Assembly (NCBI RefSeq): GCF_009914755.1
Contig: NC_060948.1
Strand: one strand, 5' to 3'
DNA: 64,000 nt
From: the human T2T-CHM13v2.0 reference genome, Homo sapiens
The notes under the pieces are model-generated. The model saw nothing but the letters and a program-made list of their open reading frames with translations, was not told the DNA's origin and did no database searches. A program made the translations under genes and the position numbers. Position 1 is the stretch's first letter. Every line of letters starts with the position of its first letter. Below are positions 13,327 through 26,084 of the stretch, piece by piece.

Positions 13327-13717
13327 TGTTGGGAACAGGCCATGCTCATGATTGCTATGATGCCCATGCTGAAGGTTGTTGGTTTACCAGAATGAGGGCA
13401 AGAAACAGCTGGCACACCCAGGGCAGAAAACTTCTTAAGGCATTCCTGAAACTGCCTCAAGGACAAATTATTGCTGCAGTTAAGTAGCCAGAGCCCATCC
13501 TTTGTCTCCCATTTTAGTTAATCTATAATCTATAGAAATAATGCTTATCACTGGCTTGCTGTCAATAAATATGTGGGTACAACTCTGTTCATGGGTCTCA
13601 GCTCTGAAAGCTGTCAGCCCCCTGATTCCCACTCCACACTCTCTATTTCTGTGTGTGTGTCTTTAATGCCACTAGCGCTACTGGGTTATGGTCTCCATGA
13701 CTGATGTGGCTTCGGCA
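13327..13717 (+). mobile_element. 5' LTR, MER9-type, with internal deletions
   Basis: TGTTGGGAACAGGCC...TTCGGCA; AATAAA at 13564-13569; followed by degenerate Lys-type PBS. Confidence 0.88.
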
Positions 13718-16519
13718 AGTCGTGACCATACGGGGGAATCAAACCCAGGTCAAAGAGTCACCAAAGTGAGGGTGGGAGAATGTGGAACTACACTGAAGGA
13801 CACCTGGCTACTCTTAAGAAATCCCCATGGTGAGTAAGTAGAGAAGTTCGGAAGCATCAGGGTTACAATGGGACAAGTGTGGGCTCCAGTTCTAGATTTA
13901 CAGATTTTTTTTTTTCAACTCAGCATTCACCTACTGGTGTTATTGTTCAAGGGCAATACCTTGTAGAATGGATTTTTTTTCCACGTACTAATTCATGGAC
14001 TTTGACTCCTTATTTGGATCAAATCACTACTATGATAGGAAATGGAAGAACTTAGATCATTAAATTACAAGGATATCATCCTGGAAAAATTATTGTCCCC
14101 CTTACAAAGACACAAATACAACAGGCTTTTACAAATAGCCTTACTTGACAAACACATTTATCTGACTTTGTATTCTTGATAACCATTTTCCAAAAACAAA
14201 ATTATTTCAATTTTTGAAATTAACTCATTGGATTCTCCCTAAAATAACCAAATTTAAACCTATTGAAAATGCTAAAAATATCTTCACAGAGGAGTCTAGT
14301 AATACCAAAGCTTTTTATTCTGGCTCGAAAGGTAAAGTTTTCTGAATGCCCTATACTTCAGCTCAAAAGTCGGAGCTTGTAACTGTAATTGAGGTATGGA
14401 CTGCTTGTAATATGCCTATAAATGTGATTTCTGATTCTTCATATGTGGTTCATTCTACACAGTCGGTTGAAAATGCTCAGCATGATTCCACACAGATGAG
14501 TGACTGATGAATTTACCCAATTACAAAGAGCAGCTAGGAGTAGAATGCACCCTTTTTACATTACTCATATTAGAGCTCATACATCTCTTCCAGGACCTTT
14601 GACTGCAGGGAATCAAATGGCTGACCACCTATTTGCTGCTACAATATCTAATGCCAAACACTTTCACAATTTAACCCATGTTAATGCCTTTGGTCTCAAA
14701 TGCAGGTCCAGCATTACCTGGAAAGAAGCTAAAGCTATTATCCAGCAATACCCAGCTTGCATTCCTCATCTTTTACAGGAAGAGTTAATCCTTGAGGATT
14801 GGAACCTAAGGATCTTTGGCAAATGGATGTCACACATGTTTCCTCATTTGGGAGACTAACTTACGTACATGTATGTGTAAACACCTTTTCTCACTTCGTC
14901 TGGGCTACGTGCCAATTAGGAGAGTCTTCTGCCTGTGTTAAATGTCAACTTTTGCAGTGTTTTGTGTTGATGGGCAGTCCAGCTTCTATTAAAATGGACA
15001 ATGCCCTAGGCTACCCTAATGAAGCTGTAGCGACATTTTTCTCTATATGGAATATTAGACACATAACTTGTATCTCATATAATTTTCAAGGACAAGCCGT
15101 AGCGGAAAGAATGAATCTCTCCCTGAAAGAGCAGTTGCAAAAGCCAAAGGGGGAATCAAGGACTACGGGATACCACATAGGAAATTGAATGTAGCATTAT
15201 TGACTCTAAATTTTTTGAGCCTGTCTAGAGGCCAGATGCTATCAGCAGCTGATCAGCATCTGCAGAAACCAGCTGCAAAGACAGAAGCAGAAAAACTGGT
15301 TTGGTGGTGAGATCCAATAACAGAAAATTAGGAAATAGGTAAAATAATAACATGGGGTAGAGGTTATGCTTGTGTTTCTCCAGGACTGATCAACTGCCAA
15401 TGTGGGTGCTACTGAGATGCCTAAAGCCCTGCTTATGAGCCAGATACCCTGGAAGAGGTGTTAGGAGGATCTCAAAGATCCAGCGGTGGCAGCATTCTCT
15501 AAGTTGATGCTGAGGAGTACCCCAACTATCACGAGCAACACGCATTGAACACAGCCACCTACCTGGGGACAGATCAAGAAGCTGCCACAGATGGCAAAAG
15601 AAAACCTGAGGAAAGTAGGACAATGAGTCCCCCATATAATGATAGCTATGATACTGGTGATCACCATTGCCATGAGTATTCCTTTGCAGGGCTGACACAG
15701 TTACATATGCTTTCTGGTCTCAGTGTTTATCATAATGAATCTGCTCCTAGAATTGAGGCATACTGCCCTCAAGAATCTAATTGTAAACAGAAATAGACAC
15801 GGCCAGAATAAATGAATGTACTTGTTTTAGAAAATTGCATTGCAGAACATGCAGAGGTGCTCTGCAACGATTCCTATGGAATATTTATTGATTTGTCCCC
15901 TAAGGGGAAGTTTAGCTTAAATCGCACCTCTCGGTCTGTGTGCCAAGGCCACACTATGTTCAGCTTGTCTGACCAAAATGGTCAGATGGTAGAAATGGTA
16001 AGAGATACAGCAAGAGATCTTCTGGAAACATGGAGGTAAAATGGCACCTCAACAACAAATGATACAACCCGCTCTAGGAGCTAAACATTAGGATTTGTGG
16101 AAACTGTTATTGGCTCTTAATAAGATCAAAATTTGGGAAAGAATAAAAAAGCATCTAGAACGGCAATCTGATCAAAATTTGGGAAAGAATAAAAACGCAT
16201 CTAGAAGGACATTCTACAAATATGTCTTTGGATATTGCAAAATTAAGAAGAGCAAATATTTGAATTATCCCAGGCACGCTTGATCTTAATGCCAGGAACA
16301 GGAGTGCTTGAAAGAGCTGTGGATGGATTAGCTGCTATTAACCCATTAAAAAGGACAAAAACACTTGGAGACTCTGATTTAAAGATGATTGTGCTTTAAA
16401 TCTGTGTTGTTTGTCTTTGTATAGTCTGCAGATGCAGATCCCAAGTCCTGTGAGACGTAGTTCACCGTGATAAAGCCACCTTTGCTTTTATCGAATTGGA
16501 AAAACCAAAAAGAGGAATA

Positions 16520-16996
16520 TGTAGAGAACAGACCCCCAAATCTGGCCATAGACAGGCCCCCAAACTGGCCATAAACAAAATCTCTGAAGCACTATGACAT
16601 GCTCATGATGGGTATGACACTCACACTGAGGGTTGTGGGTTTACTGGAATGAGGGCGAGGAACACCTGGCCCACCCAGGGCAGAAAACCGCTTAAGGCAT
16701 TCCTGAACCACAAAGAATATCATGAGCGATCTGTGCCTCAAGGACCTGCTCCTGCTTCAGATAACTAGTGAGAACCCAACTCTTTGTCTTCCTTTTTACT
16801 GAATCTACAATCTACAGAAACAATGCTTATCACTGGCTTACTGTCAAATATGTGGGTAAAACTCTGTTCATGGCTGTCAGCTCTGAAGGCTGTCAGCCCA
16901 CTGATTCCCACTCTGTACTTCATAATTCTGTGTGTCTGTCTTTAATTCCTCTAGCACAGCTGGGTTAAGGTCTCCATGACCAAGCTGATCTCAGCA
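16520..16996 (+). mobile_element. 3' LTR, MER9-type
   Basis: TGTAGAGAACAGACCCCCAAATCTGGCCATA...TCTCAGCA; alignable by eye to 13327-13717. Confidence 0.88.
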
Positions 16997-17689
16997 GACT
17001 TCTTTGAGATTATTTAAATTTGGTGAAGACTTTATTTTATAAAAATCACTTTATTTTGGGTAAATTATGTCATGCCATATCTTCCCATGTTTTGCATTAT
17101 GAGATTTGGTTTGCATGGTACTTTAAAAGCCATTCTCAAACTTTCACTTCCTAGGATTTCTAGTTACAATGCAACACCCCATTGTTTCCTCTGAACAACT
17201 GAAACACCACAGATGTAAAGACAAAAAACAAGGACAGGATCTGAAAGATAGAAAAAGGAAGACAGTTTGTCTGGGGACATAAGGACTTGCAGAGTGGTAT
17301 CATGGTCACTTTACTTGGTTTTCCTAGTGTCTTCCGTATATCGCAGATGATGGACTGTAGAAGTTTCCAATCCAGAATCTCCAATAGGCACAGAAGAAAA
17401 GGACTTCAAGGAAATCCTCTTCTCTCTCAACCAAAGGACAAGGAGAGGATGACCTAACCACACACAATAGCATGAAACACTTCTAAAGGTAATAACCAAA
17501 CTATTCCAGATAAACACTACCAGAAAATAATTAATAAATAAAATAAAATAAAATTAACTAGTATTGCCATTTCTGTGGAGCCATGTACAGAGACAGTCTT
17601 CTCAACATGTCAGTGATGCTCTCATTCCCCATGAAGTCAAACTAGTCAGCAACTTTTTTTTTTCTTTTCGTTCTTTTTTTGTTGTTGTG

Positions 17690-18006
17690 TTTTTTTTTTT
17701 TTTTTTTTTTTTTTTGAGATGGAGTTTCTTTTTGTTGCCCAGGCTAAAGTGCAATGACACACAATCTCAGCATCTCAGCTCTCTGCAAGCTTTACCTCCC
17801 TGGTTCAAATGATTCTCCTGCCTCATCCTCTCAAGTAGCTGGGATTACAGGCATGTGGCACCACACCCGGCTGATTTTGTATTTTTAGTAGAGATGGTGT
17901 TTCTCCATGTTGGTCAGGCTGGTCTCAAACTCCTGACCTCAGGTGATCCACCCACCTTGGCGTCCCAAAGTGCTGGCATTACAGGCATGAGCCACTGTGC
18001 CCGGCC
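17690..18006 (-). mobile_element. Alu (S-like)
   Basis: Long poly(T), GAGATGGAGTTTC...CTCAGGTGATCCACCCACC...CCACTGTGCCCGGCC. Confidence 0.92.
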
Positions 18007-18349
18007 AGAGAGAATATTCTATCACCCTCCTGGAGAAAGCAGAGGAGAGCATTCTAATTCCCTTATGTCAGCAGACTCCGGTAGCAAGCTGAGCATACAG
18101 GTCGACCCAACAACCACAGTTTTTAAAGAGCCAGAGCTAAGTAGGACAGATTGCACTGTGTGTCTTGCCTGCTGTCCCCACTACCCTCCTCTAACCTATC
18201 CTGTCAGAAGGCTTCAGTGGGGAGTTAACCATCTACCACAAACCACCCTCCTAGGAACTGAACAGACAAAGTAAATCTAAACTAGTTAGCACTCTGCCAT
18301 TTCCCCAGATTAGAAACTGTATCATCTACAGCTGCTCCAAAGAACATCA

Positions 18350-19120
18350 AATGTTTTGATATGCATTTAAACAAAAGAAAACAGGTATGAGATCTGTATG
18401 CTGAAGCATATAAAATACTGGTGAAATAAATCAAATAGAAATAATAAGAGATACACGGTGTTCATGGATGTAAAGATATAATATATCATGTTAATTTTCC
18501 CCAGCTTGATCTATATATTTGATGCAATTCCTATCAATATCTCAGCAAGAATTTTTGCAGACAATGCAAACTTACTAGGATAGCTAAGACAATTATTAGT
18601 GTTTAATATATAGTGGGAGAAATCCATCAACAACATTTCAAAGACTTATTAAACAGCTAAAGTGATCATGACAGTTTAGTATTGGCATAGAGACAGATTC
18701 GTGTAAAAAATGGAGCAGAAGAGAAAGCCCAGGAATAGAGCCACACTGGTGTGGATATGACCAGGTAATATGACATAAATCTGGCAAGCAAAAATCAGTG
18801 GAGGAAAAACAGCCTTTCAACAAATGGTGCTATGGCATGTGGACATCCATAAATTTAAGAAATAAAGCCTTAACATAAACATTACTCTACACAAATTAAC
18901 TCAAAATGGCTCATGAACTTCAATGTAATATAAAATTATAAGACATTTTATAAAACATTTTCAGAATAAAAGAATCATAAGAAAATTGAAGCCTCTTAGT
19001 TGTAGCAAAGTGTTATTACATTTGATACCAAAAGCATAAACCATAAAAGGAAAACCGATAAACTGGATCAAATCAAAATTAAAAACTATTGCTCTGTGAA
19101 AGTTCTTATGAAGACACTAA
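18350..19120 (+). mobile_element. Old L1 (L1M-type) ORF2 3' fragment
   Basis: Degenerate L1 motifs such as TGTTCATGGAT, TTTCAACAAATGGTGCT, AATTAACTCAAAATGG. Confidence 0.7.
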
Positions 19121-19126
19121 AAAGCC

Positions 19127-20102
19127 AGTCTGCTGCAGAAAGGGGTACCCTTCCTGCTGATCCCTGCAGACCATGGGAGGAGAGCAGTACCCTCTCCGCT
19201 GGGAGCAGCAGCTGCAGCAGAGAGCTGCAGAGACCTGCAGAGTCATGTAAATGACTTGCCTGCAGAGAGGAGCCTCCCTCTCTATAGAGTGAACACACCA
19301 TGGGAAGACCTGCCTATAGAGAAGAGCTACCCACTCCTTTGTGAGGTATTGCTCCTCACAAGAGGGCACTAGCTGTAGGGGTCTGCCTGCAGACCCTGAC
19401 CCAAAAGATGGATGAATAAAGCATAAACTGACAAATATTCTGCTTTGCCAGTACAGCTGGGTGTCCAAGCGCCTGCACATCAAGAAATGTTTTTTACTGT
19501 GACCGGCCCTTAGAAGCTTGCACTCCAGTCACTTAGTTAGTATGTGATTAACAACAGAAACTCTGAGTCAGCACACTTGTACATAATTAACATGGTTGAG
19601 AGAGTAGTTCTATGAATGATTAAAGCTCAGGTACCGTGGTCTAAAGTAAATTCCATTAAAGGGCAATATCCTTGGTCAACCTTCCTCCAAGAGGGCAATC
19701 TGCCTTAAAGGTTAGTTAATGGAGGTAAGGTTAACAAGCTTAAATGGGGAAGCCTCTATTGTCCCTAGTATTTATCCTATGACCTAATGCTCTAAGGTAA
19801 GAACTGGCTGCCTTCAGCCTGTTCAATTATTACAAGCTATGTAACCTTTCAGCCTTCCAAAAGGTTTGTGACTATTCCCTATATCTTTCCCTAATATTTC
19901 CCTTTAGTATTTCTGCTACCGTCCTGAGTGAACACCAATACTTTGAACTGTTTTAACACTAAATAGAACTCTTCTTCTTCTTTACCCTTCACTTGACTCT
20001 CTATCTCATTCTCCCTGCACACAGGACAAGAACTCAAGGAAAGGCATCGTGGTCACAGAGGTTTCTGGCAAGTAAAATTGACACCACAGTGATCCCATAA
20101 CA
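19127..20102 (+). mobile_element. MER52-like LTR fragment interrupted by an LTR22-type element
   Basis: Repeated GACCTGCCT.AGAGAGGAGCTACCCACT units; sequence resumes after 19945 and ends in ...CCCATAACA. Confidence 0.7.
19342..19940 (-). mobile_element. Solo LTR22-family (HML-5) LTR
   Basis: Minus strand starts TATTGGTGTTCACTCAGGACGGTAGCAGAAAT and ends ...AGCAATACCTCA; direct repeat CTTTG at 19337-19341 and 19941-19945. Confidence 0.82.
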
Positions 20103-21477
20103 GTAGCACTAGAATTTCTGTCTCAGATTTTTACTTGAAAGTTAAACATTTGGGGGACCGTTAGGAGACTCCGGACCATATTTTGACATCCTATTTGTTC
20201 ATCTGTAGCTGGCTTTGTCTGATACCACCCTAACAGAGGGAAGTGTATACTTGTCAAGTAGGGCCACAATTCCAACTTCCCGTCTTCACTTCCTTTGACA
20301 CCCAAGGCAGTGCTCCTCATTACTGATAAATAAATATGCAGATTCCAGCTTCAACCTAGGTGTTACTTGTACCTTCCTGGCTAGAAGTGGAAGGGTATCT
20401 TGTTACCACACGGCAGGGTTGAAAACTCTAGCTCTCTACTTTACCTTCCCTGATTCCACTCCGGCAGAGGGTTGGGTTGCTTCATTAATGCCTGGTGCTC
20501 TCTATGTTCCAACTTAAACTTTGTTGTCCTGGCTAGCTTTTTTGGGTCGTTTTGTTTTGTGTTGTAATGTTTGACGAAAGTAGGATGGCTATTGTACAAA
20601 GATTTTTGTCTTAATAAGGTGTCCCTTTCCTAGACCTGTGTCTATAGAGGCTGGAGCTTTTGGGGGACAATTCTGTCTATACCTACTTATATTTGTCGGT
20701 ACCAGCTCCTTCAGGATCAAGTCTGTGATAACACCAGGCAAAAAGAATTCAGGGAACTCAACCATCTTATCACTTGTTGCATCTTAAATTTCCTCACCAG
20801 TTTATCTTCTTGCTCCATCCTTCAGTCTTATGTTTGCTTTATATATATCACGCACGGATATTAATTGCATTTATGTGAGGGAGAAAGTACATCTTCTCCA
20901 TCTACTTTATTACTCAAGTGATGACTCAAGATGAAGAACGTCCGTGATGTTCCTTTTGGGCAGAAAATTCAAAGTAATTTTTGTTATTGAAACAGTTTAA
21001 GCTAGTTTAACCTAGATAGAGAGAGAATACTTAAGAAGGTACAATGTCTTTGTATGAATCCTAGAAGAAGCTAGGATATTTTCTGGGTTAGACTGCTCTG
21101 TGATTGGTTACATTAAAATCTTGTAAGGATGTTCCTCAAAATACAAAGAATTTTCCGAGGGTGGGAATGGACAGATTTTCTAATCATGCTGATCACTTTA
21201 TGTTTTGCATTTGCTTACTCTTTTTCCTCCTTCACACTCTCTCTCCTCCTCTCTGTGCTTATTTTACTGTTGCTTTTGTTGTTTGACACTCGTCTTATTC
21301 GGGCCTTAAACTTACAATAATGTATTCCACATGTTAACCTGTCTCATTCCATCTTTCATTACTTTATCCTCACTTTCTAAACTGTCATTTCCTTTTTTCT
21401 TTCTTGCCTTGCTGTTCACCCAAGTTATTCTTTTCATTTTTTATTGTGTCTGGCATTAGCCTTTTTATTGTTGTGGA

Positions 21478-21636
21478 TTTCTTTAAGATGAAGTCTTACT
21501 CTGTCACCCAGGCTGGAGCGCAAAAGCAGGATCTCAGCTTACTGCAACCTCCGCCTCCTGGGTTCAAGCGATTCTCCTGACTCAGCTTGGCCTCCCAAAA
21601 TGCTGTGATTACAGGCCTGAGCCACCACCCCAGCCG
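21478..21636 (-). mobile_element. Internally deleted Alu
   Basis: Right-arm sequence joined directly to CTTGGCCTCCCAAAATGCTG of the left arm. Confidence 0.85.
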
Positions 21637-22430
21637 GAATTTTTTTTTTAAACATTCTTCCTGTTAACCATTTAACCATGTCTATCACACTACCTTCTGA
21701 AAACCCAGTTTGAGAACTAAAAAGTTAATAGCATGTGGATATAGGTGAAATGACCTTTGTCTTTCTGTCATGGTCTGCCAGGAAAGGAAATCAGGATTCC
21801 CTTTTTAGATGATGGATTCTAAACTTTTTCTACTTATGCACAACTTGGAAATATACGTATATGGTTAGATGGCACCACTAGGTTTCCATCCTGAGGAATC
21901 TGGCTGTCCAAATCCATGTTCATTTTCTGCTATCCCAGAAAACTGCATGGTGAATCTTGTCAGACCTTAGCCTGTGACACCAAAAGCTGCATAATATACC
22001 AAATCCACAGTGAATGCTGCTTCCGAAAAGTTGTGCAGCTGGATCCCCAGTGTATCCCATTTCATCACAGCAACCAGGAATCTCCACTGCAAATAAAGGA
22101 AGGAGTGGTAAGGATACAGCTAGTTCTTTCAGACAAGGACCTGCTACTCAAAGCAGAAGATGAAAAAGAATTTTTAGAAGAAGCAGGGGAAAATCATAAC
22201 TAGATGTAAAAAGAAAGCATGATAGTCAAAGGGATAAGCAGGGACGCTAGCCTCAGTAAGTCCAAAATATTGCATCTCTAGTGAAGGATACTGTGAGGTA
22301 CGCTTTTATGATAAGTTGTGGTGAGGAACGAAGAATAACAAATAATGCCTCAATACCAAGAATATGTGTTTTTGACAACGAAAATAGAGTTTATGATTGT
22401 AAGTCCGCAGTCAACATCAACTAATTCACA

Positions 22431-22434
<4 letters not shown>

Positions 22435-22468
<34 letters not shown>
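22435..22468. repeat. (TG)17 microsatellite
   Basis: Perfect dinucleotide run. Confidence 0.97.
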
Positions 22469-22474
<6 letters not shown>

Positions 22475-22909
22475 CACACACACTCACATACATATATGTG
22501 TCAGATACTGTATTACATCAGTGCTGGTTGTCCAAGGCACACAGACAGACAAGAAAACTAATATGATAGATGAGAAGCACCTCCTAGAAGGAGTGATATC
22601 TGTGTTGTATGAGTCTTAAGTAGGCAAACAGGGAGAGAGCCTTTTACCTCCAAGTAGAAATGGGAGCCTTGTTACCAGATGGTAAAGGGCATGGCTGAAA
22701 GTGATGTTCTCCGAATGTTGCTCCAAATAGACTGTGGTGAAACACAAAGACATGAAGCTGAAAGGAAAACAAATATCAGGTCTGGAATGGATTTGTTCAG
22801 CCATGCTCATGATCTGGACTCAGAATCTAAAAGTTAATAAATCCTGACAAAAACAATTAAATCTGACTTTGTATGGAGCATGGAACCAACGTGTTGAAAA
22901 TCTGCATTA

Positions 22910-23208
22910 GAGGTGGTCTTTGGTGGCTCAAGCTTGTAATCCCAGTGCTTTTGGGGACCATGGTGGGTGGATTACCTGAGGCCAGGAGTTCAAGACCATC
23001 CTGGCCAACATGGTGAAACCCCATTTGTACTAAAAGTACAAAAACTAGCCCAGCATCTTGGGCAAATATAATTTTACTTACTCAAAAGATGGAGGTACAA
23101 GAATTGCTTGAACCTAGAGGTTGAGGTATCAGTGAGCTCAAATAATGCCACTGCTCTCCAGCGGGGGTAACACAGAGAGACTGTCTCAGAGAAAAAAAAA
23201 AAAAAAAA
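22910..23208 (+). mobile_element. Alu, diverged
   Basis: GGTGGCTCAAGCTTGTAATCCCAG...GAGACTGTCTC followed by poly(A). Confidence 0.88.
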
Positions 23209-23709
23209 CAGAAGGAAATGTGCATTAGAAAACATGAAAAGTGGACTCTAACAGGAGGTAATTAAAGGCACAAACAGGTTGGAATGCTTTGATGTAGGAT
23301 CAAAAAGGTGTACTGTTAATGCCAGCTGTAAAATTCCACAATGTTCTGACAGTGATGCAATCCATGAGCATAATATGATGTAAACTTTATTATTCAAGTG
23401 ATGACACAAACAGTTGTGATCGTGGTCACTGAGTTCACTAGGGATGAATTGCAATGAAGACAATCTTTGCCAACTAAAATCCAAGTTTAAAATAACTGGG
23501 GAAATGTAATTGAGAAAATACTGAAGTGTATAGTATGTGTTAACTCTTCTCTAAATTTTGTCTGTGTGTGTGTGTTTGTCTGTGTGTATGTGTCCATTTA
23601 TTCCCTTTGTGCCACTCAAATTTATACCCTCATTTGATTTATGCCAGACTACTTGAGAAGTCACTTATTATTTTTTCCTAACTCCGGTTGCTTCTTCTCC
23701 CTTGCCTGC

Positions 23710-24090
23710 TGTCATTGTTTGGTATGTCACCTCCAAATTTCACATTGAAATTCTGTGTCCATTGTGATAGTGTTGGGAGGTAGGACTTTTAAGAGTTGAT
23801 TAGCCATGTGGGTGCAACCTCATGACTGACTTGATGGTATTATATGGAGAACAAGTTAGTTATTGTGTGAGTGGCCTTTGGATCAAAGGATGAGTTTGGC
23901 CCCGATTTTCTGTTCATCTCATGCCCTTCACCGTAGGAGGCCGACCTGCCATGTTGTAACGTAGAAAGAGGATCTCACCAGATGCAACCCCTTGGACTTC
24001 CCCACCTCCAGGAAAGTGAGCAAAATAAGTTTGCTTTACAAATTACCCAGGCAGTGGTATTGTGTTGTTTCAGCAGAAAATGGACCACAA
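23710..24090. mobile_element. MaLR (MST-like) solo LTR
   Basis: TGT..TTTGG..CCTCCAAATTTCACATTGAAATT...GTGTTGGGAGGT...CCTTGGACTTCCC...AAATTACCCAG...GCAGAAAATGGAC. Confidence 0.75.
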
Positions 24091-24296
24091 AACTTTATTA
24101 TTTCTTCCTCTTTAGAGAGATAAATTATTTAACTTACAAAGGCACATGTCAAATTTGCTTTCAAAGGATCAAAAAGCCCATATATATTTTTGCTAAAAAG
24201 TAGTACAATAGCCTCCCACTGAAACAAAATGTCATTTTTTTCTTAACCATACTTTTAGAAATAAAGGAAAAGCAAACATAGAAGTAAACATGCAAT

Positions 24297-24302
24297 TTTA
24301 TT
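24297..24302 (-). terminator. Candidate HSFY polyadenylation signal AATAAA
   Basis: TTTATT on + strand, ~100 nt downstream of the HSFY stop codon. Confidence 0.65.
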
Positions 24303-24399
24303 GTTCAATAAGATAATTGCAGAAATTTTTAGGGTTTTTTGTCAATGTAAATGTTAGTCTCTGTTGTCATTCATAATCTGGTCCTCTTTTAATGGCAGA

Positions 24400-25092
24400 T
24401 CAGTTGTAATTAGGGTGATATTTGTCCAGTGGTGATGGTTGAAGAGCTAGCCTGGAATGAGGGGCAGCTGATCTATCAGCGATCGTAGGCATTTGCAACC
24501 ACGGGTTGCCTGCTGGTAGCATGTTACGATATGGAGCCTCATTGACTGATACCAGAGGATATCGTGTGGGAACAGCAGATGGTTCCACTGTCAGCCCAAA
24601 ATAACCATTTTGTAAGGGAGATATGATGTGGTATTGAGAAGTTGTGGTTGTAATAAAATTCACAATGTGGCCCCTTGCTTGCATGTAGGTACTATGAGAG
24701 TGCATATGAATAGTGGTCAACTGATTTAAAATAGCATGTTGATCTGTTGCAATTTGTTCTGATGGTCCAACTGAGGTTGAAGGTGAAGGAGGAGGGAAAC
24801 CACTTCTAATGGGGACAGATGAATTTGCAATTATCTGTCTGACAGAAGATTCCCTTGTTAGAGGCATATTTAAATTTTTAGAGGCTGAAAATAAACTTTC
24901 TTCACTAGCTTCAGCAGCTAAGGCAGAATTATGATTCTCCATGTTAGCCCCTGCTCTAAAATGCTTCTTGTTGAAATCTTCGTTGAATAAAGTAGATATA
25001 GGTGAAGCATTTTTAACACCAATTCTTCTCTTCACTCTTACTAAAAGTTGGGGATAGCCACGCTTGAAATTTGGATTATAATAGAACTTTAA
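24400..25092 (-). CDS. HSFY2: Heat shock transcription factor, Y-linked; coding exon 2 (230 aa + stop)
   Basis: Acceptor ggttttag| at 25093-25094; LKFYYNPNFKRGYPQLLVRVKRR...DKYHPNYN*; joins exon 1 in phase 0 to give 401 aa matching recalled human HSFY. HSFY1 and HSFY2 cannot be told apart by eye; HSFY2 is chosen only from orientation, assuming a reference-forward window. Confidence 0.96.
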   Translation of the reverse strand, partial: LKFYYNPNFKRGYPQLLVRVKRRIGVKNASPISTLFNEDFNKKHFRAGANMENHNSALAAEASEESLFSASKNLNMPLTRESSVRQIIANSSVPIRSGFPPPSPSTSVGPSEQIATDQHAILNQLTTIHMHSHSTYMQARGHIVNFITTTTSQYHIISPLQNGYFGLTVEPSAVPTRYPLVSVNEAPYRNMLPAGNPWLQMPTIADRSAAPHSRLALQPSPLDKYHPNYN

Positions 25093-25570
25093 CTAAAACC
25101 AAAGAAAAACATAATTCAGTGCCATTTTAAGCCAAGAGACAAGTGAAAATAACAAACATAACACATCAAATATCAGATTTCTCTTTCATCACACAAATTT
25201 AATGTCATCAAATAACTCATAAACATCGTTTACTATTTTTAAGAATGTGCTTATTGTGAAAAACCACTCAAGTTGTTAAGCCCTCAAGTGAAAACATGTT
25301 ATATATTAATAGTAATATTTCATTAAGTGGCTTTGGTACATTTATTTGGAATTCACTGGTAAGATTCAAAGTTGTTAGCAAAATTTCTTAAAACACTAAA
25401 AGGTTAACGCTCAAGCTGAACACAATAATTTCAAAACAAAATTTCTACCTTAATATTTTATATAATTTTCAAAAGCTGGTCTTACTGCATGTATTAACAT
25501 ATTTACTGATGTACAAAGTAAAATTACATATATACTTTACATAAAGTGGTAACTCAAATATGTCAAATAC

Positions 25571-26083
25571 CTTGCTTAAGACAGACGATTCTTTCTCTTC
25601 TGACAGAAAGGTGGCTAGAAAGGCAGATCTTTGAAAATTCTGTTGAATTTTACTAAATCCATAAAGGTTGAGCTGTCGAACAAAACTTTTGATAGCATCA
25701 GTTTGAAATATTCTGTAAGGAGCCTTTGTTTCCAAAATTTCTTTCTTGAAGAGTTCTTCATTAATCACTATGCAAGTTCCATTCTCATCCCATGAAATAG
25801 ACTTGAATTGGTCACTTTCCACTATTTTCCAAAGTTTCCTGGGAAAGTTCAGAGAAAGAAAATCATCATCTTTATCTGGCTCAGAGACACAAACTGTGTA
25901 ACTTGGACTTTCTAACAAGGATCCTTGTGACAAAACCTGAAAAGCATGTTCTTCAATCATTGACCGTAAGTCTGAGTCCCCAGGGAAGGTGTGTTCACAC
26001 AATGGAGACCTAGTGGAGGCTTCTGAAGCAGTTAATTCATCTTTGGGGGAAACATCTTGAGTTTCTGAAGAAACATGTGCCAT
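25571..26083 (-). CDS. HSFY2: Heat shock transcription factor, Y-linked; coding exon 1 (171 aa)
   Basis: MAHVSSETQD... with HSF DNA-binding motifs FPRKLWKIV, ISWDENG, SFVRQLNLYGFSK; donor AAG|GTATTT at 25570; 478-bp GT-AG intron 25093-25570. Confidence 0.96.
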
Positions 26084-26084
26084 C

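Larger units (their letters stand above)
13327..16996 (+). mobile_element. Internally deleted HERV-K(HML-3)/HERVK9-type provirus with MER9 LTRs
   Basis: Two related LTRs; gag start ATGGGACAAGTGTGGGCT (~13868) joined directly to pol; betaretroviral RNase H/integrase motifs (ITHIRAHTSLPGPL, HNLTHVN, WQMDVTH, IKMDN); env remnants; PPT before 16520. Confidence 0.9.

Noticed and set aside
17855-18274. 139-aa ORF
   Set aside because: First half is antisense Alu translation ([24 protein letters not shown]); non-ATG start.
1-24300. Alternative distal 3' exons of long HSFY isoforms or overlapping testis lncRNA exons
   Set aside because: Such transcripts are reported for this locus, but I cannot place their exons from sequence alone.
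25469-25570. 204-aa HSFY ORF ending ...VFDIFELPLYVKYICNFTLYISKYVNTCSKTSF
   Set aside because: The tail is read-through into the intron past a canonical donor at 25570; nothing in the sequence supports it as a real isoform.
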